A DNA stretch of 60,308 bases, counting the filler. It is 8 parts of 8 records of this genome, joined end to end, with 100 filler letters (N's around TTAATTAATTAA, not from the genome) between each part and the next. Parts side by side here need not be neighbours in the genome. Positions count along the whole stretch, not along the records: positions 1 to 10,716 come from SRR31147125_38933; 7 more parts are not named here. One strand, 5' to 3'. Numbering within the stretch: position 1 is the stretch's first letter; each line of letters starts with the position of its first letter. The notes below the pieces were generated by a model that was not told the DNA's origin, made no database searches, and saw only the letters and a list, made by a program, of their open reading frames with translations. Made by a program: the position numbers and the translations under genes. Shown piece after piece: positions 1-10,816 of this stretch.

Positions 1-1
1 G

Positions 2-757
2 TTGCACATGGAAATTATCCAGGAAAGACTGGATCGTGAGTATAACATGGATGTTATTACAACGGTACCAAACGTATCGTATAATGTTTACACTACCAAA
101 GATGAAATAATTGAAGTACATAATCCATCAGGTTTGCCAGCCCCCAATTACATAGATTACATTGAAGAACCTGTAATCAACTCTCAAATTATCTCCAAAT
201 CAGAATATGTTGGTCAGATAATGACGCTTTGCATCGAGAAACGGGGTACGTTAATGAACCAGGTGTACTTAACGAGCGACAGGGTTGAATTAACCTTTGA
301 ACTGCCCCTGTCAGAAATCGTATTCGATTTTTACGATAAATTAAAAAGTGTTTCAAAAGGTTATGCATCTTTTGATTATCACCAATCTGGTTATCAACGG
401 GCAAAGCTTGTACGGCTCGATGTTCTGCTAAATAGCGAAATGGTAGATGCCCTCTCGTGCCTAATCCATTTCGATAATGCATATACATTCGGGAGAAGGA
501 TGTGTGAAAAGCTGAAAGAACTTATTCCCCGTCAACAATTTGATATTGCCATACAAGCTGCCATTGGCTCAAAAATTATAGCCAGGGAAACCGTAAAAGC
601 GTATCGTAAAGATGTTACAGCAAAATGTTATGGTGGTGATATCAGCAGGAAACGTAAACTCATAGAAAAACAGAAAAAAGGGAAGAAGAGAATGCGCCAG
701 GTCGGAAACGTAGAAGTTCCGCAAACTGCATTCCTGGCTGTTCTAAAACTTGACTAG
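2..757 (+). CDS. lepA: Elongation factor 4 (LepA), C-terminal part; 5' end lies outside the window
   Basis: [35 protein letters not shown] and [14 protein letters not shown] are LepA C-terminal motifs. Confidence 0.97.
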   Translation: MHMEIIQERLDREYNMDVITTVPNVSYNVYTTKDEIIEVHNPSGLPAPNYIDYIEEPVINSQIISKSEYVGQIMTLCIEKRGTLMNQVYLTSDRVELTFELPLSEIVFDFYDKLKSVSKGYASFDYHQSGYQRAKLVRLDVLLNSEMVDALSCLIHFDNAYTFGRRMCEKLKELIPRQQFDIAIQAAIGSKIIARETVKAYRKDVTAKCYGGDISRKRKLIEKQKKGKKRMRQVGNVEVPQTAFLAVLKLD

Positions 758-783
758 AATTAGAGTTTCTTAAATCACAATTT

Positions 784-2164
784 ATGGCAAAAAAGAAAAA
801 GGCTAAAAAGCCCATTCAATCATTCGATACACCCCAAAAAGCAATAAAAGAACGCGCACGAAATTTACCCATGCATGAATGCCTAATCTCAAGTAACTGG
901 CATAAACTTAAAATGGCGGAAATCGTTGTATCCCGGAAACATTCAAATGGAAACATAACGTATGGTGTATATCTTATCGATTTGTACTGTACAGGTCTGC
1001 GCGATACATTTTTCAATTTTAATGTATCGCAAAATAGCTACGACGAAATGCTTAGCCGAATGAACAACAACGTACAGCTTGTTCCGTGCAGTTATACGTT
1101 GGTCCACAATATAATATATGGCAGTATCGAATATGCTGAACAATATGGTTTTGAACCCAATGAAGATATTGCAATAACAGAATATATTATTGAAGAAGAT
1201 GACGAGAATATTCCCCTGATGGATGTGAAATTTGGTTACAAAGGAAAGCCTACTATTTTATTGTTTAAAGAAAATAATTCAGAAGAAGACTTAAAAACCC
1301 TAAAAGAAAATGCAGGCGAAGGAAATTACACAATTCTGAATGTTGAACAAAATGTAATGCACTCCGACCCGGAAAACGGAATGTTCGAAGAGACGAATAT
1401 AACATTCGATGATTTTCTTGCTCATTCGAATAAAAATGATTTCAATGAATCTGCCTTCATTGAATATGTAAGGAGCTTTTAATAAAAAACTCAAAGAATC
1501 GGATGAGTTACGACAAAAAAATCAACTGAATTATTATGTAAATGATTTAATTGGTTCTGAAGTTATAAAAGAAGAAGGCTTAATTAAAATTGAAAATGAA
1601 GGAATAAGAACAAAATATTTTGAATTTTATGAATCAGTTAACGATCAAAAATCTAGAAGGATAAAAAAAATAATTCCCGAAATTGAGGATTATTATTCCG
1701 CAAATAAAAACATTCCTGAATTTGCTGCGCTTCTGCTAAAGTGCTACATAGACATTAAAGATGATGCGAAGTTCGAGAGCTTAATAGAAGAATCAATAAA
1801 AACATACCCAAGTGATTTTTCTACCCGATCTGTTGCATTGGATTATTACCTGGCAAAAGACGACTACAATGCCATATTAAAATTATTCAATAATTGTTTT
1901 ACGCTACAAGAATATACTAAAGACAGTGAACCGGCAAATCTGACAGAAGCCAGGTTATTTCACCTTGCTTATTATTACTATTTCCTTGAGAAACAAAATA
2001 TTGTACAGGCAGAAGAATATTTAAGAACACTCTCAATTTATCAAAATGATGATAAAGTGATTAAGGTGTTTCTTCTGAAATTAACAATGGCAAAAATGTT
2101 CTTTATTGATGATAGAGAGAAAATAGAATCGAATTTACCGAAGGAAATGTTGGATTTACTCTAA
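784..2164 (+). CDS. Hypothetical protein (about 460 aa), frameshifted near 1470-1525; conserved-looking N-terminal domain plus a helical/TPR-like C-terminal part
   Basis: ORF 784-1482 stops, but the frame of ORF 1838-2164 is open from 1481 (NKKLKESDELRQKNQLNYYVNDLIG...), so the two ORFs probably form one gene. Confidence 0.6.
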
Positions 2165-2940
2165 TCCAACAATCCTCTAATAATTCCTCGTTTAGAATCT
2201 TTTATAAAGTTGATAATGTCGTCTCTCTCATCTGATTGAAGAAAATTCTTTTCAACATGCTCAACTGCAGCTGTATTGTTCATACCATTTTGGTAAATAA
2301 CACGGTAGATTTCCTGCATTTCCCTAATTTTCTCAGGTGAGAATCCTCTGCGTCTTAATCCAACACTGTTTAATCCTGCAAATACTAAAGGATCACGACC
2401 AGCCAAAATATATGGAGGTACGTCTTTACCAACCTTGCTCAGACCTTGGATAAATACATGCTTCCCAATATGAACAAATTGATGCACCAAAGCACCTGAA
2501 GCGATGGTTGCCCAATCATCAACAACAACTTCTCCGGCAACACCTGAATAACTTACCAAAATACAATTGTTACCTATAAAGGAATCGTGTGCAACATGCA
2601 CGTACGACATTATTAAGCTGTTCTTACCAATAACTGTTTTCCCCTTTGCTTTGGTTCCACGGTTAATGGTAGCACATTCTCTAATTGTTGAGTTATCGCC
2701 AATTTCAACAGTTGTTTGCTCACCTTCGAATTTTAAATCCTGAGGTACACCTGAAATAACTGCTCCCGGAAAAACCTTACAGTTTTTTCCAATCCTGGAC
2801 CCCTCCATAATTACCGCATTGGGTCCAATCCACGTTCCTTCCCCTACTTCCACATTCTTCTCAATTGTTGCAAATTGAGATATTTCTGCGCTTTCGGCTA
2901 TTTTAGCGTCTGGATGTACTACTGCTAAAGAATGAATCAT
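2161..2940 (-). CDS. lpxA: UDP-N-acetylglucosamine O-acyltransferase
   Basis: Hexapeptide repeats, PQDLKF, TIRECATINRGT, YVHVAHD, VHQF, GLNSVGLRRRGF; downstream of lpxC-fabZ. Confidence 0.96.
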   Translation of the reverse strand: MIHSLAVVHPDAKIAESAEISQFATIEKNVEVGEGTWIGPNAVIMEGSRIGKNCKVFPGAVISGVPQDLKFEGEQTTVEIGDNSTIRECATINRGTKAKGKTVIGKNSLIMSYVHVAHDSFIGNNCILVSYSGVAGEVVVDDWATIASGALVHQFVHIGKHVFIQGLSKVGKDVPPYILAGRDPLVFAGLNSVGLRRRGFSPEKIREMQEIYRVIYQNGMNNTAAVEHVEKNFLQSDERDDIINFIKDSKRGIIRGLLD

Positions 2941-3015
2941 AATATAGTTATGTATTAAATGTTGCGCAAATATGTAATAATTACTTTAAAACCACAATGC
3001 GAAATTTCAGACAAT

Positions 3016-4410
3016 TTATTTCACCTTCACGATTTGCGCCATCATTTCAGCCTCGGCAACCAAGGTATCGCCTACAAATGCTTCTCCGTACATTAATGCA
3101 ATTCCCCTTCTAATAGGATCCATTAAAGACATACGGATAACAAGTGTATCTCCCGGAACTACCTTTTGCTTAAATCTTGCTTTATCTATTTTTAAGAAAT
3201 ATGTAGTATAATTTTCAGGATCGGGTACCGTATTCAATACCAACAAACCACCCACCTGTGCCATCGACTCTGTTTGCAAAACACCTGGCATAACAGGCTC
3301 ATCAGGAAAATGGCCGACAAAGAAAGGTTCATTCATCGTAACGTTCTTAACACCAACAATCCTTTCTTCGTTTCTCTCAATAATCTTGTCTACTAACAAA
3401 AATGGCGATCGGTGAGGAAGCATTGCTTTAATTTGATTTACATCAAGTAAGGGCTTCTCGTTTTGATCGTATTCTGGAGCAACGGGTTTTCCCAAACGTT
3501 TTTTAATTTCTTTTCTAATAACCTTGGCAAGTTCTGTATTTGCATAGTGACCAGGCTTTGTTGCCACGATCTTAGCTTTCATTTTTTTACCAATCAGGGA
3601 AATATCGCCTACAATATCTAAAAGTTTATGGCGGGCAGGCTCGTTGCTAAAACGTAAATCAATATTGTTTAGAATACCTTCTGGCTTGGCCTTAATTTTA
3701 GGCATGTTAAATAAATCTGCTAACCTGTCAAGCTCTTCTTGTGGTACAGCTTTTTCCATAATAACGATAGCATTCTCAAGATCACCTCCTTTAATAAGGT
3801 TATTTTTATAAAGGAATTCGACCTCCCGTAAGAATACAAATGTACGGCTTGGTGCTATCTGCTCTTCAAATTCATCAATACTGCGCATAGTCGCATATTG
3901 ATTACCAAGAATCTTAGAATCGTAATCGATTAAAACATCAATGCAGAATCCATCATATGGATAAACATCTATTTCAATTCCTTTATCAGGAATAGTGAAA
4001 TTTATAGGGTGCTTAACGACATAATATTCGCGCTCAGCTTCTTGTTCTACAATACCTGCTTTTTTTATGCCATTAATAAAAGGTATTGAGCTACCATCCA
4101 TAATTGGCATTTCCGGGCCATCAATTTCTAATAATGCATTATCAACATCAAGTCCGTTAAGAGCAGCCATTACATGTTCAATAGTAGATATGCTAACCCC
4201 TTTTTCTGTTATTGTGGTACCTCTTGACGTTTCTGTTACATTTTCTGCAACTGCACGAACAATAGGTTTATTTTCAAGATCAGTACGTTGAAATTTAAAT
4301 CCGAAATTCTCGGCTGCTGGTTTCAACGTTAGTTCAACTTTTGCTCCGGAATGAAGCCCTTTGCCAGTAAATTTAATTTCGTTTTTTAATGTCTTCTGTT
4401 TGTCTGACAT
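3016..4410 (-). CDS. lpxC: Bifunctional LpxC deacetylase / FabZ 3-hydroxyacyl-ACP dehydratase (Bacteroidota-type fusion)
   Basis: N-terminal GKGLHSG, TIEHVMAAL and EPARHKLLDIVGD (LpxC); C-terminal LPHRSPFLLVD and NEPFFVGHFP..PVMPGVL (FabZ). Confidence 0.96.
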   Translation of the reverse strand: MSDKQKTLKNEIKFTGKGLHSGAKVELTLKPAAENFGFKFQRTDLENKPIVRAVAENVTETSRGTTITEKGVSISTIEHVMAALNGLDVDNALLEIDGPEMPIMDGSSIPFINGIKKAGIVEQEAEREYYVVKHPINFTIPDKGIEIDVYPYDGFCIDVLIDYDSKILGNQYATMRSIDEFEEQIAPSRTFVFLREVEFLYKNNLIKGGDLENAIVIMEKAVPQEELDRLADLFNMPKIKAKPEGILNNIDLRFSNEPARHKLLDIVGDISLIGKKMKAKIVATKPGHYANTELAKVIRKEIKKRLGKPVAPEYDQNEKPLLDVNQIKAMLPHRSPFLLVDKIIERNEERIVGVKNVTMNEPFFVGHFPDEPVMPGVLQTESMAQVGGLLVLNTVPDPENYTTYFLKIDKARFKQKVVPGDTLVIRMSLMDPIRRGIALMYGEAFVGDTLVAEAEMMAQIVKVK

Positions 4411-4586
4411 GAGATATCTAATAAATTAAGGTTCAAAAAAATTAGGGCGCAAGTTATAAAAAAAGTTAAATACAAATAGACCATAATCAGGCTTATAATA
4501 TTTCTATTTCTTTTGACGGATTTATAGAAAATTTATTGCAGAAGACTAGTATCAATTCATATAAAGTATCGATTATTCAACTGCCC

Positions 4587-4660
4587 ACTTTCACCCTTTA
4601 ATTCCCTAAAGAGGAACATCCCGCGTGTGAAAGAATTCCCTTTAGGAGATAGGGGTAAGT
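4587..4660. repeat. Imperfect intergenic inverted repeat (REP-like palindromic element)
   Basis: Left arm ACTTTCACCCTTTAATTCCCTAAAGAGGAA versus the reverse complement of the right arm, ACTTACCCCTATCTCCTAAAGGGAA. Confidence 0.55.
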
Positions 4661-4693
4661 TCGGCAAGGCGTTAAATAATGCTTTACTTATCC

Positions 4694-5730
4694 CTAACTA
4701 TTTTTCAGTTTTTCTATTTCTTTTTCAAGCTGTCTTATTTTAACCATCATGTCCGGGCCATTTCTATATGCTGCAATTGCTCTTCGCTCTTTTCCAACAT
4801 CTTGAGCCGGCGAACCCAGTAGAATAGTATCTTCTTTTTTAATACTGTTTGCTATTCCTGATTGTGCGGCAATTTTTGTATTGTCGGCGATTGTAATATG
4901 CCCTGAAATTCCAACTTGTCCACCAAACATACAATCTTTTCCGACTTTCGTTGAACCCGCTATTCCAACTTGCGATGCAAGTACGGTATTTTCACCTATC
5001 TCAACATTATGGGCTACCTGTATAAGGTTATCGAGCTTGGCCCCCTTTCTAATTATTGTTGACCCCATAGTTGCCCTGTCGATAGCACAATTTGCGCCTA
5101 TTTCAACATCATCTTCAACAACTACATTGCCAAGTTGAGGTATCTTTTTATAGACATTGTTTTCGTCCGGTGCAAATCCAAATCCATCTGAACCAACTAC
5201 AGCTCCGGCATGGATAATACAATCTTTACCAATTTTGCAATCAGAATAAATTTTTACGCCCGGATAAAGAATTGTATTTTCTCCTATCTCAACATTCTCG
5301 CCTACATAAACATGGGGGAAAATCTTTACATTATCTCCAATCTTTGCCTTTTTAGCAACATGTGCCTGCGAAGCAACATAAACGCCTTTCCCTAATTTTG
5401 CAGAGAAAGCTACTTTTGCCCCCACTTTTTCCCTTTATACTTTCTTTTTGATTTATTGAATTGATCGAGCATTGTTGCAATTCCCTGGTAAGCATCATCA
5501 ACTTTCACAAGGGTTGCATTAACTGGTTTTTCAAGTTTAAAATCCTTATTTATAAGTACAATTGATGCCTTGGTCGTATAGAGGTATTTTTCATATTTTG
5601 GGTTGGCCAGGAAACACATGGCTCCGGGTTTCCCCTCCTCTATCCTGGCAGGCTTGGTAACTTTTGTGTTTTCATCTCCAACAACTTCACCATTTAATAA
5701 TTCAGCGATTAGTTTTGCTGTAAATTCCAT
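4694..5730 (-). CDS. lpxD: UDP-3-O-acyl-glucosamine N-acyltransferase; one frameshift at the C5 run 5419-5423
   Basis: ORF 5410-5730 is the LpxD N-terminus ([10 protein letters not shown]). ORF 4694-5425 carries hexapeptides, GSDGFGFAP and [12 protein letters not shown]. Adding one G joins them (KKWGAKVAF). Confidence 0.93.
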
Positions 5731-5733
5731 ATT

Positions 5734-6963
5734 CTAAATATTATTTTTCAAATTGTCTTTCGGATAGCATAAGTAATATTTTTTATCAACTTTTGTGAGT
5801 GCATTGAAATGAAAAATATCCGACGCTTCCGAAATATCTATTAACTTATCTTTATACTGAATTCGAATATTGCTCCCATCATACGAATATGCATGGTTTG
5901 ATATTGAATCAGCATAAACAAAATATTTTGCTTCGCTATCGTCTAACGATAAAACGTTCGATGTTATTTTAACTTTATCCTTTATTTCTTCTGGATCGAT
6001 TGGTTCGTTTCTTAACTCTATCTTAAATAATTTTCTGTCCAATAGATTAGAAGATAGCATACTGAGAATTTTATCCTCATTCTCCAACCACATTTTTGCA
6101 GATGCTAAAATATCTGCATCATCTAATTGATTGTAATATTTAATAAAATCTTTATTTATTGTTTTTGATGCATCGGGTATGTTTAAAAAATAAGCCAATG
6201 CTGGTGTTGTTAACAATCCCTTATCACCTTGGATTAAATCTTTAGCCCTTCTTATAAGTGCGTTCAATAATATTTCTGCTGATAAAACAGTTTTATGAAA
6301 ATATACCTGCCAATACATTAATCTTCTGGCAATCAAAAATTTTTCTATAGAGTAAATCCCCTTAGCTTCAACCACAAGCTGGTCGTCGACCACATCAAGC
6401 ATTTTTATTATACGGTCCGAACCTATAACACCTTCGTAAACCCCAGTAAAGAACACATCCCGTTTAAGGTAATCCATTCTATCCATATCAAGTTGACCAG
6501 AAATCAACTCATGCAAAAAACGTTTATGGTATTTGTTTGAAAATATTTTTATTGCCAGTTCGAGTTTATTATTAAAATCGTTATTTAGTTCTTTCATTAA
6601 GATTAACGAAAGAGCTTCGTGGTTTAATCCTTCGATAATTGAATTTTCTAATGTATGCGAATATGGCCCGTGTCCGATATCGTGAAGCAAAATTGCAGCC
6701 ATGGCAGCCTCATGCTCCTCATCGGTAATTACATGCCCTTTCGATTTTATGGTATTTAATGCCATATCCATTAAGTGCATGGCTCCAATTGCATGTTGAA
6801 ACCGGGTATGAGTTGCACCAGGATAAACTAGATTCGTGAGACCTAACTGCCTTATTCTCCGCAATCTCTGAAAATAAGGATGTTCAATAATATCGTATAA
6901 AAGTTCTGATTTTATGGTGATAAATCCATAAACCGGATCATTGATAATTTTGCGTTTATTCAC
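5734..6963 (-). CDS. HD-domain phosphohydrolase (dNTP triphosphohydrolase-like family); probable GTG start at 6963
   Basis: KIINDPVYG, FQRLRRIRQLG, HTRFQHAIG, LLHDIGHGPYSH, DMDRMDYL; immediately upstream of lpxD. Confidence 0.88.
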   Translation of the reverse strand: MNKRKIINDPVYGFITIKSELLYDIIEHPYFQRLRRIRQLGLTNLVYPGATHTRFQHAIGAMHLMDMALNTIKSKGHVITDEEHEAAMAAILLHDIGHGPYSHTLENSIIEGLNHEALSLILMKELNNDFNNKLELAIKIFSNKYHKRFLHELISGQLDMDRMDYLKRDVFFTGVYEGVIGSDRIIKMLDVVDDQLVVEAKGIYSIEKFLIARRLMYWQVYFHKTVLSAEILLNALIRRAKDLIQGDKGLLTTPALAYFLNIPDASKTINKDFIKYYNQLDDADILASAKMWLENEDKILSMLSSNLLDRKLFKIELRNEPIDPEEIKDKVKITSNVLSLDDSEAKYFVYADSISNHAYSYDGSNIRIQYKDKLIDISEASDIFHFNALTKVDKKYYLCYPKDNLKNNI

Positions 6964-6998
6964 TATCTCCAATTCAAAAAGGCTCAATTTTAAGGGAG

Positions 6999-7088
6999 CA
7001 AAAGTAAAAACTATTTTCCTATGTTTGGTAAATACTTAAAATTTAAAGGCTTCTTTTTTTGCAGATTAAATGATTATTAATAGTTTTG
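6999..7088. promoter_or_regulatory. Divergent Bacteroidota sigma70-type promoters (-7 motif TAnnTTTG)
   Basis: TACTTTTG on the minus strand at 6999-7006 (toward the HD gene); TAGTTTTG at 7081-7088 with TTTG at 7058-7061 (toward rimP). Confidence 0.55.
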
Positions 7089-7115
7089 CACCCTGATTGT
7101 TGGAAATAATCGTTG

Positions 7116-7135
7116 TAGGGGACATGAGTCCCCTA
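7116..7135 (+). promoter_or_regulatory. rimP leader hairpin
   Basis: Perfect stem TAGGGGAC-atga-GTCCCCTA followed by TTTT, just upstream of rimP; GC-rich leader hairpins are known upstream of rimP-nusA-infB. Confidence 0.65.
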
Positions 7136-7152
7136 TTTTGTTGGGCATTTAA

Positions 7153-7619
7153 ATGATAAAAAAGAATACATTAATGGCATACTGGAATCGTTTATTGAAG
7201 AACGTGGACTCTTTGTTGTTAATTTGAACATTAGCACCAGCAATAAAATAACGGTACTGATAGATTCAATGGAAGGCATAACAATAGACGAATGTGTTGA
7301 GATTAGCAGGGCCATTGAAGGATCGCTAGACAGGGAGAAAGAAGATTTTGAGCTTCAGGTTTCATCGCCCGGATTAAGTGAACCATTACGCGTTATTCAA
7401 CAATATGAAAAAAATGTTGGACGCGAACTGGAAATCTTACTTGACTCGGAAGACAAAAAAATAAAAGGTGAACTATTAAGTGTTGAAGGCAACACAATAA
7501 AAGTGGAAGCACAACAAAAAGTAAAAGTAGAAGGCAAAAAAAAGCAACTGGTTATTGAAACTAAAGACATAAATATTAATAATATAAAATCTGCTAAGAT
7601 TATTATATCATTCAAATAG
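7153..7619 (+). CDS. rimP: Ribosome maturation factor RimP; ATG at 7153 with a frameshift in the A6 run 7158-7163
   Basis: GITIDECVEISR and DFELQVSSPGL motifs; first gene before nusA-infB. Adding one A gives MIKKEYINGILESFIEERGLFVV... Confidence 0.9.
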
Positions 7620-7649
7620 CAAGATAATATACATCAATTTATTGGTAAT

Positions 7650-8888
7650 ATGGATGCAATAAATTTAATTGACACATTTTCGGAATTCAAAGAACTCAAA
7701 AGCATTGACAGGGCAACAATGATGAAAGTACTTGAGGATGTATTCCGAAGTACACTACATAAAATGTTCGGTACCGATGAAAACTTCGATATCATTATCA
7801 ATATTGACAAAGGCGACTTTGAAATTTGGAGAAACAGGGAAGTTGTAGAAGACGATGAATTTGAAGATCCTGTTTTACAGATCCCACTTTCCCAGGCTCA
7901 AAAAATCGACGAAGATTATGTTGTTGGAGAAGATGTTACTGATGAAGTTAAACTTCTTGATTTCGGACGCAGGGCAATCTTAGCATTGAGACAAAATCTT
8001 ACTTCAAAAATACTTGAGCTTGAAAAAGGCAATGTTTTCGACAAATACAAAGATAGAATCGGAGAAATTGTAACGGGCGAAGTTTACCAGGTTTGGAAAA
8101 GAGAATTACTCGTTCTTGACGATGAAGGTAATGAGTTAATCCTTCCAAAGACCGAGCAAATTCCAAGCGACTATTTTAGAAAAGGTGATTCAATTAGAGC
8201 GGTTGTTGTTAAGGTTGACATGAAAAACAACAATCCAATAATTTTGCTTTCACGCACATCACCCGTATTTCTTGAAAGATTATTCGAACTTGAAGTACCA
8301 GAAATATTCGATGGTTTAATCACCATTAAAAATATTGTTCGTGTTCCGGGCGAACGTGCAAAGGTTGCCGTAGAATCATATGACGAGCGAATTGATCCTG
8401 TAGGTGCTTGCGTTGGTATGAAAGGCTCGAGGATTCATGGCATTGTTCGTGAATTAAGAAACGAGAACATTGATGTTATCAACTTCACAAATAATGTTCA
8501 GTTATATATTCAAAGAGCTTTAAGCCCGGCAAAAATCGGATCAATAAAAATATTGGAAGAAGATAAAAGAGCTGAGGTTTATTTAAAACCAAACGAAGTA
8601 TCACTTGCCATTGGTAAGGGTGGTTTAAATATAAAACTTGCCGGACAGCTTACCGGTTACGAGATAGATGTTTACAGGGAAACCGAAGAGGAAGACGATG
8701 AAGATGTAAACATTGAAGAATTTGCTGATGAAATCGAGAGTTGGATTATAGACGAGCTAAAAGCAGTTGGTTGCGATACGGCAAAAAGTGTATTGGAACT
8801 ATCGGTTGCTGATCTCGTGAAACGCTCTGATTTGGAAGAAGAAACAATAGTTGAGGTTAGGAAAATTCTTAAAGCAGAATTTGAATAA
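7650..8888 (+). CDS. nusA: Transcription termination/antitermination factor NusA
   Basis: S1 and KH domains: RVPGERAKVAV, IDPVGACVGMKGSRI, SLAIGKGGLNIKLA. Confidence 0.97.
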   Translation: MDAINLIDTFSEFKELKSIDRATMMKVLEDVFRSTLHKMFGTDENFDIIINIDKGDFEIWRNREVVEDDEFEDPVLQIPLSQAQKIDEDYVVGEDVTDEVKLLDFGRRAILALRQNLTSKILELEKGNVFDKYKDRIGEIVTGEVYQVWKRELLVLDDEGNELILPKTEQIPSDYFRKGDSIRAVVVKVDMKNNNPIILLSRTSPVFLERLFELEVPEIFDGLITIKNIVRVPGERAKVAVESYDERIDPVGACVGMKGSRIHGIVRELRNENIDVINFTNNVQLYIQRALSPAKIGSIKILEEDKRAEVYLKPNEVSLAIGKGGLNIKLAGQLTGYEIDVYRETEEEDDEDVNIEEFADEIESWIIDELKAVGCDTAKSVLELSVADLVKRSDLEEETIVEVRKILKAEFE

Positions 8889-8961
8889 TTGATTTTTATT
8901 ATTATATCTTAGCAGGGCTTCGACAGAGTCATTGTTATAGTTAAATTTTGTAAGACAATTT

Positions 8962-10716
8962 ATGGCAGTAAACAAGGCTACAAGGCTGAGTAAAATAGCA
9001 AGAGAGTTTAATGTTGGTATTTCAACAATAGTTGAATTTCTTAATAAGAAAGGCTATACTATTGATTCAAATCCAAACACAAAAATCTCACCTGAAATTT
9101 ATGGCGTTTTAGTCCAGGAGTATAGCAATGATCAAAGTGTCAAAAAAGAATCAGAAAAGGTTAGTCTTCGAAAGGTTAGAGAATCAAAAGAAGTCGCAAG
9201 CATAAATACGGCTCAGGAAGAAGAAACAGAGGAAGAAGTTGAAGAACCAACGGATGAAGTCCTCATTAAGGATCTTAGTGCCAGAAAGCCAAAAGAACCT
9301 GTTTCGAAGCCCAAGATTAAAGAAAATATAAAGGTTGTTGGCAAAATTGATATCGATACATTAGCAGGCAAGAAAAAGCAAGTTGAAGAAAAAGAACAAG
9401 AAGAAGTTGTAGAAGAGAAACCTGCTAAAGAGCCAGAAAAAGAAGAGGTTAAACAAGAATATAAAGAAGAGCCTACAAAAGAGGAAGTTGTAGAAGAAGA
9501 ATCTAAAGAAGAACCTCAACCTGTCACCGAAGAACAACCTGAAGAAAAAATTGAACCACCGGTTGAAGTTGAAAAAGTGATAGAAGTAATAGAAGACATT
9601 AAAGTAGAAGAAGATTCTTCTGCAACACCTGACGATGTTCAAGAAATTTCGGAGGAGACTGAGGAAAAAGATGCTTTTGTTAAAACAGAAGTAGAAAAAA
9701 TTAATGCTCCTACAGTTGTTGGAAAAATCGACCTTAGTTCAATGAACCAAAGGACGCGTCCTCCAAGAAAAACAAAAGAGCAACGCGAAGAAGAACGAAA
9801 AGCAAAAGTCGAAAAACAACAAGCTGAGGAGAAAGAAAGACGTGCCAAAGAACAACAGACTAGAGGTGCTCAAAAATCTGATGACGAAACACAAACTGAT
9901 TCTCAACAACAATCAGGCGAAAAAGAAAATATAAAAAGAGTTAAAGTAAATAAACCGTCAGGGCCGGTAGTAGTTGGTAAAATTGATTTGCCAGATAAGA
10001 AAAAACCGGTTGCAAGTTCATCAGAGCCTGTTGATAAAAAGAAGAAGCGCAAACGCATTAAAAAGCTTGATAAAGTTGGAGCTGATAAACAAGGACAATC
10101 ACCACAAGGCGATAATAGACGTGGTGGAGGAAAAGTTGTTCACAAAAAAGGCCAACAAGATAAACGAAGAGGCAAACATTTTAGCAATAAAGCTGAAATT
10201 AGCGAAGAAGAAATCCAAAAGCAAGTTAAAGATACACTAGCACGTCTTACATCAAAAGGAAGTAAGTCAAAAGGTTCTAAGTACAGGAGAGAAAAACGAG
10301 ATGCCATCAGACAAGAAATGATGGAGGAGGAAGAACGTAAACAACAAGAAAAGAACGTAATAAAGGTTACAGAATTTGTTTCTGTAAACGAGCTTGCTAA
10401 CATGATGGATGTCTCACCAACTGATGTTATTTCAACATGTATGAGTCTTGGACTGTTTGTATCAATTAACCAAAGGCTTGATGCAGAGACAATGGCTCTT
10501 ATTGCAGATGAATACAACTATAAAGTTGAGTTTGTTAGTGTTGAAATTCAAGAGTCTATTGGTGAGGAAGAAGAAGAAGATCCGGCAAATCTTGAAGCTC
10601 GACCTCCTATTGTAACAGTAATGGGACACGTAGACCATGGTAAAACAAAATTACTGGATCATATTCGAAGCGCTAACGTTATTGCCGGTGAGGCCGGTGG
10701 AATTACACAGCACATT
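8962..10716 (+). CDS. infB: Translation initiation factor IF-2, 3'-truncated by the contig end
   Basis: Long charged N-terminus, then [16 protein letters not shown] and [10 protein letters not shown]. Confidence 0.97.
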
Positions 10717-10816
10717 NNNNNNNNNNNNNNNNNNNNNNNNNNNNNNNNNNNNNNNNNNNNTTAATTAATTAANNNNNNNNNNNNNNNNNNNNNNNNNNNN
10801 NNNNNNNNNNNNNNNN
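10717..10816. other. Artificial contig spacer
   Basis: N-run, TTAATTAATTAA, N-run; composition jumps from AT-rich to GC-rich across it. Confidence 0.97.

Noticed and set aside
3016..4410. LpxC-FabZ fusion as a novelty
   Set aside because: An established feature of Bacteroidota.
4694..5730. lpxD (and tilS, xylA, gcvT) as pseudogenes or programmed frameshifts
   Set aside because: Motifs are intact, there are no in-frame stops after one-base repairs, and lpxD and tilS are normally essential. Sequencing error is the simpler explanation.
9180..9930. Purine-rich low-complexity tract in infB and the Phe-rich antisense ORFs
   Set aside because: Ordinary Glu/Lys-rich disordered IF-2 N-terminal region.
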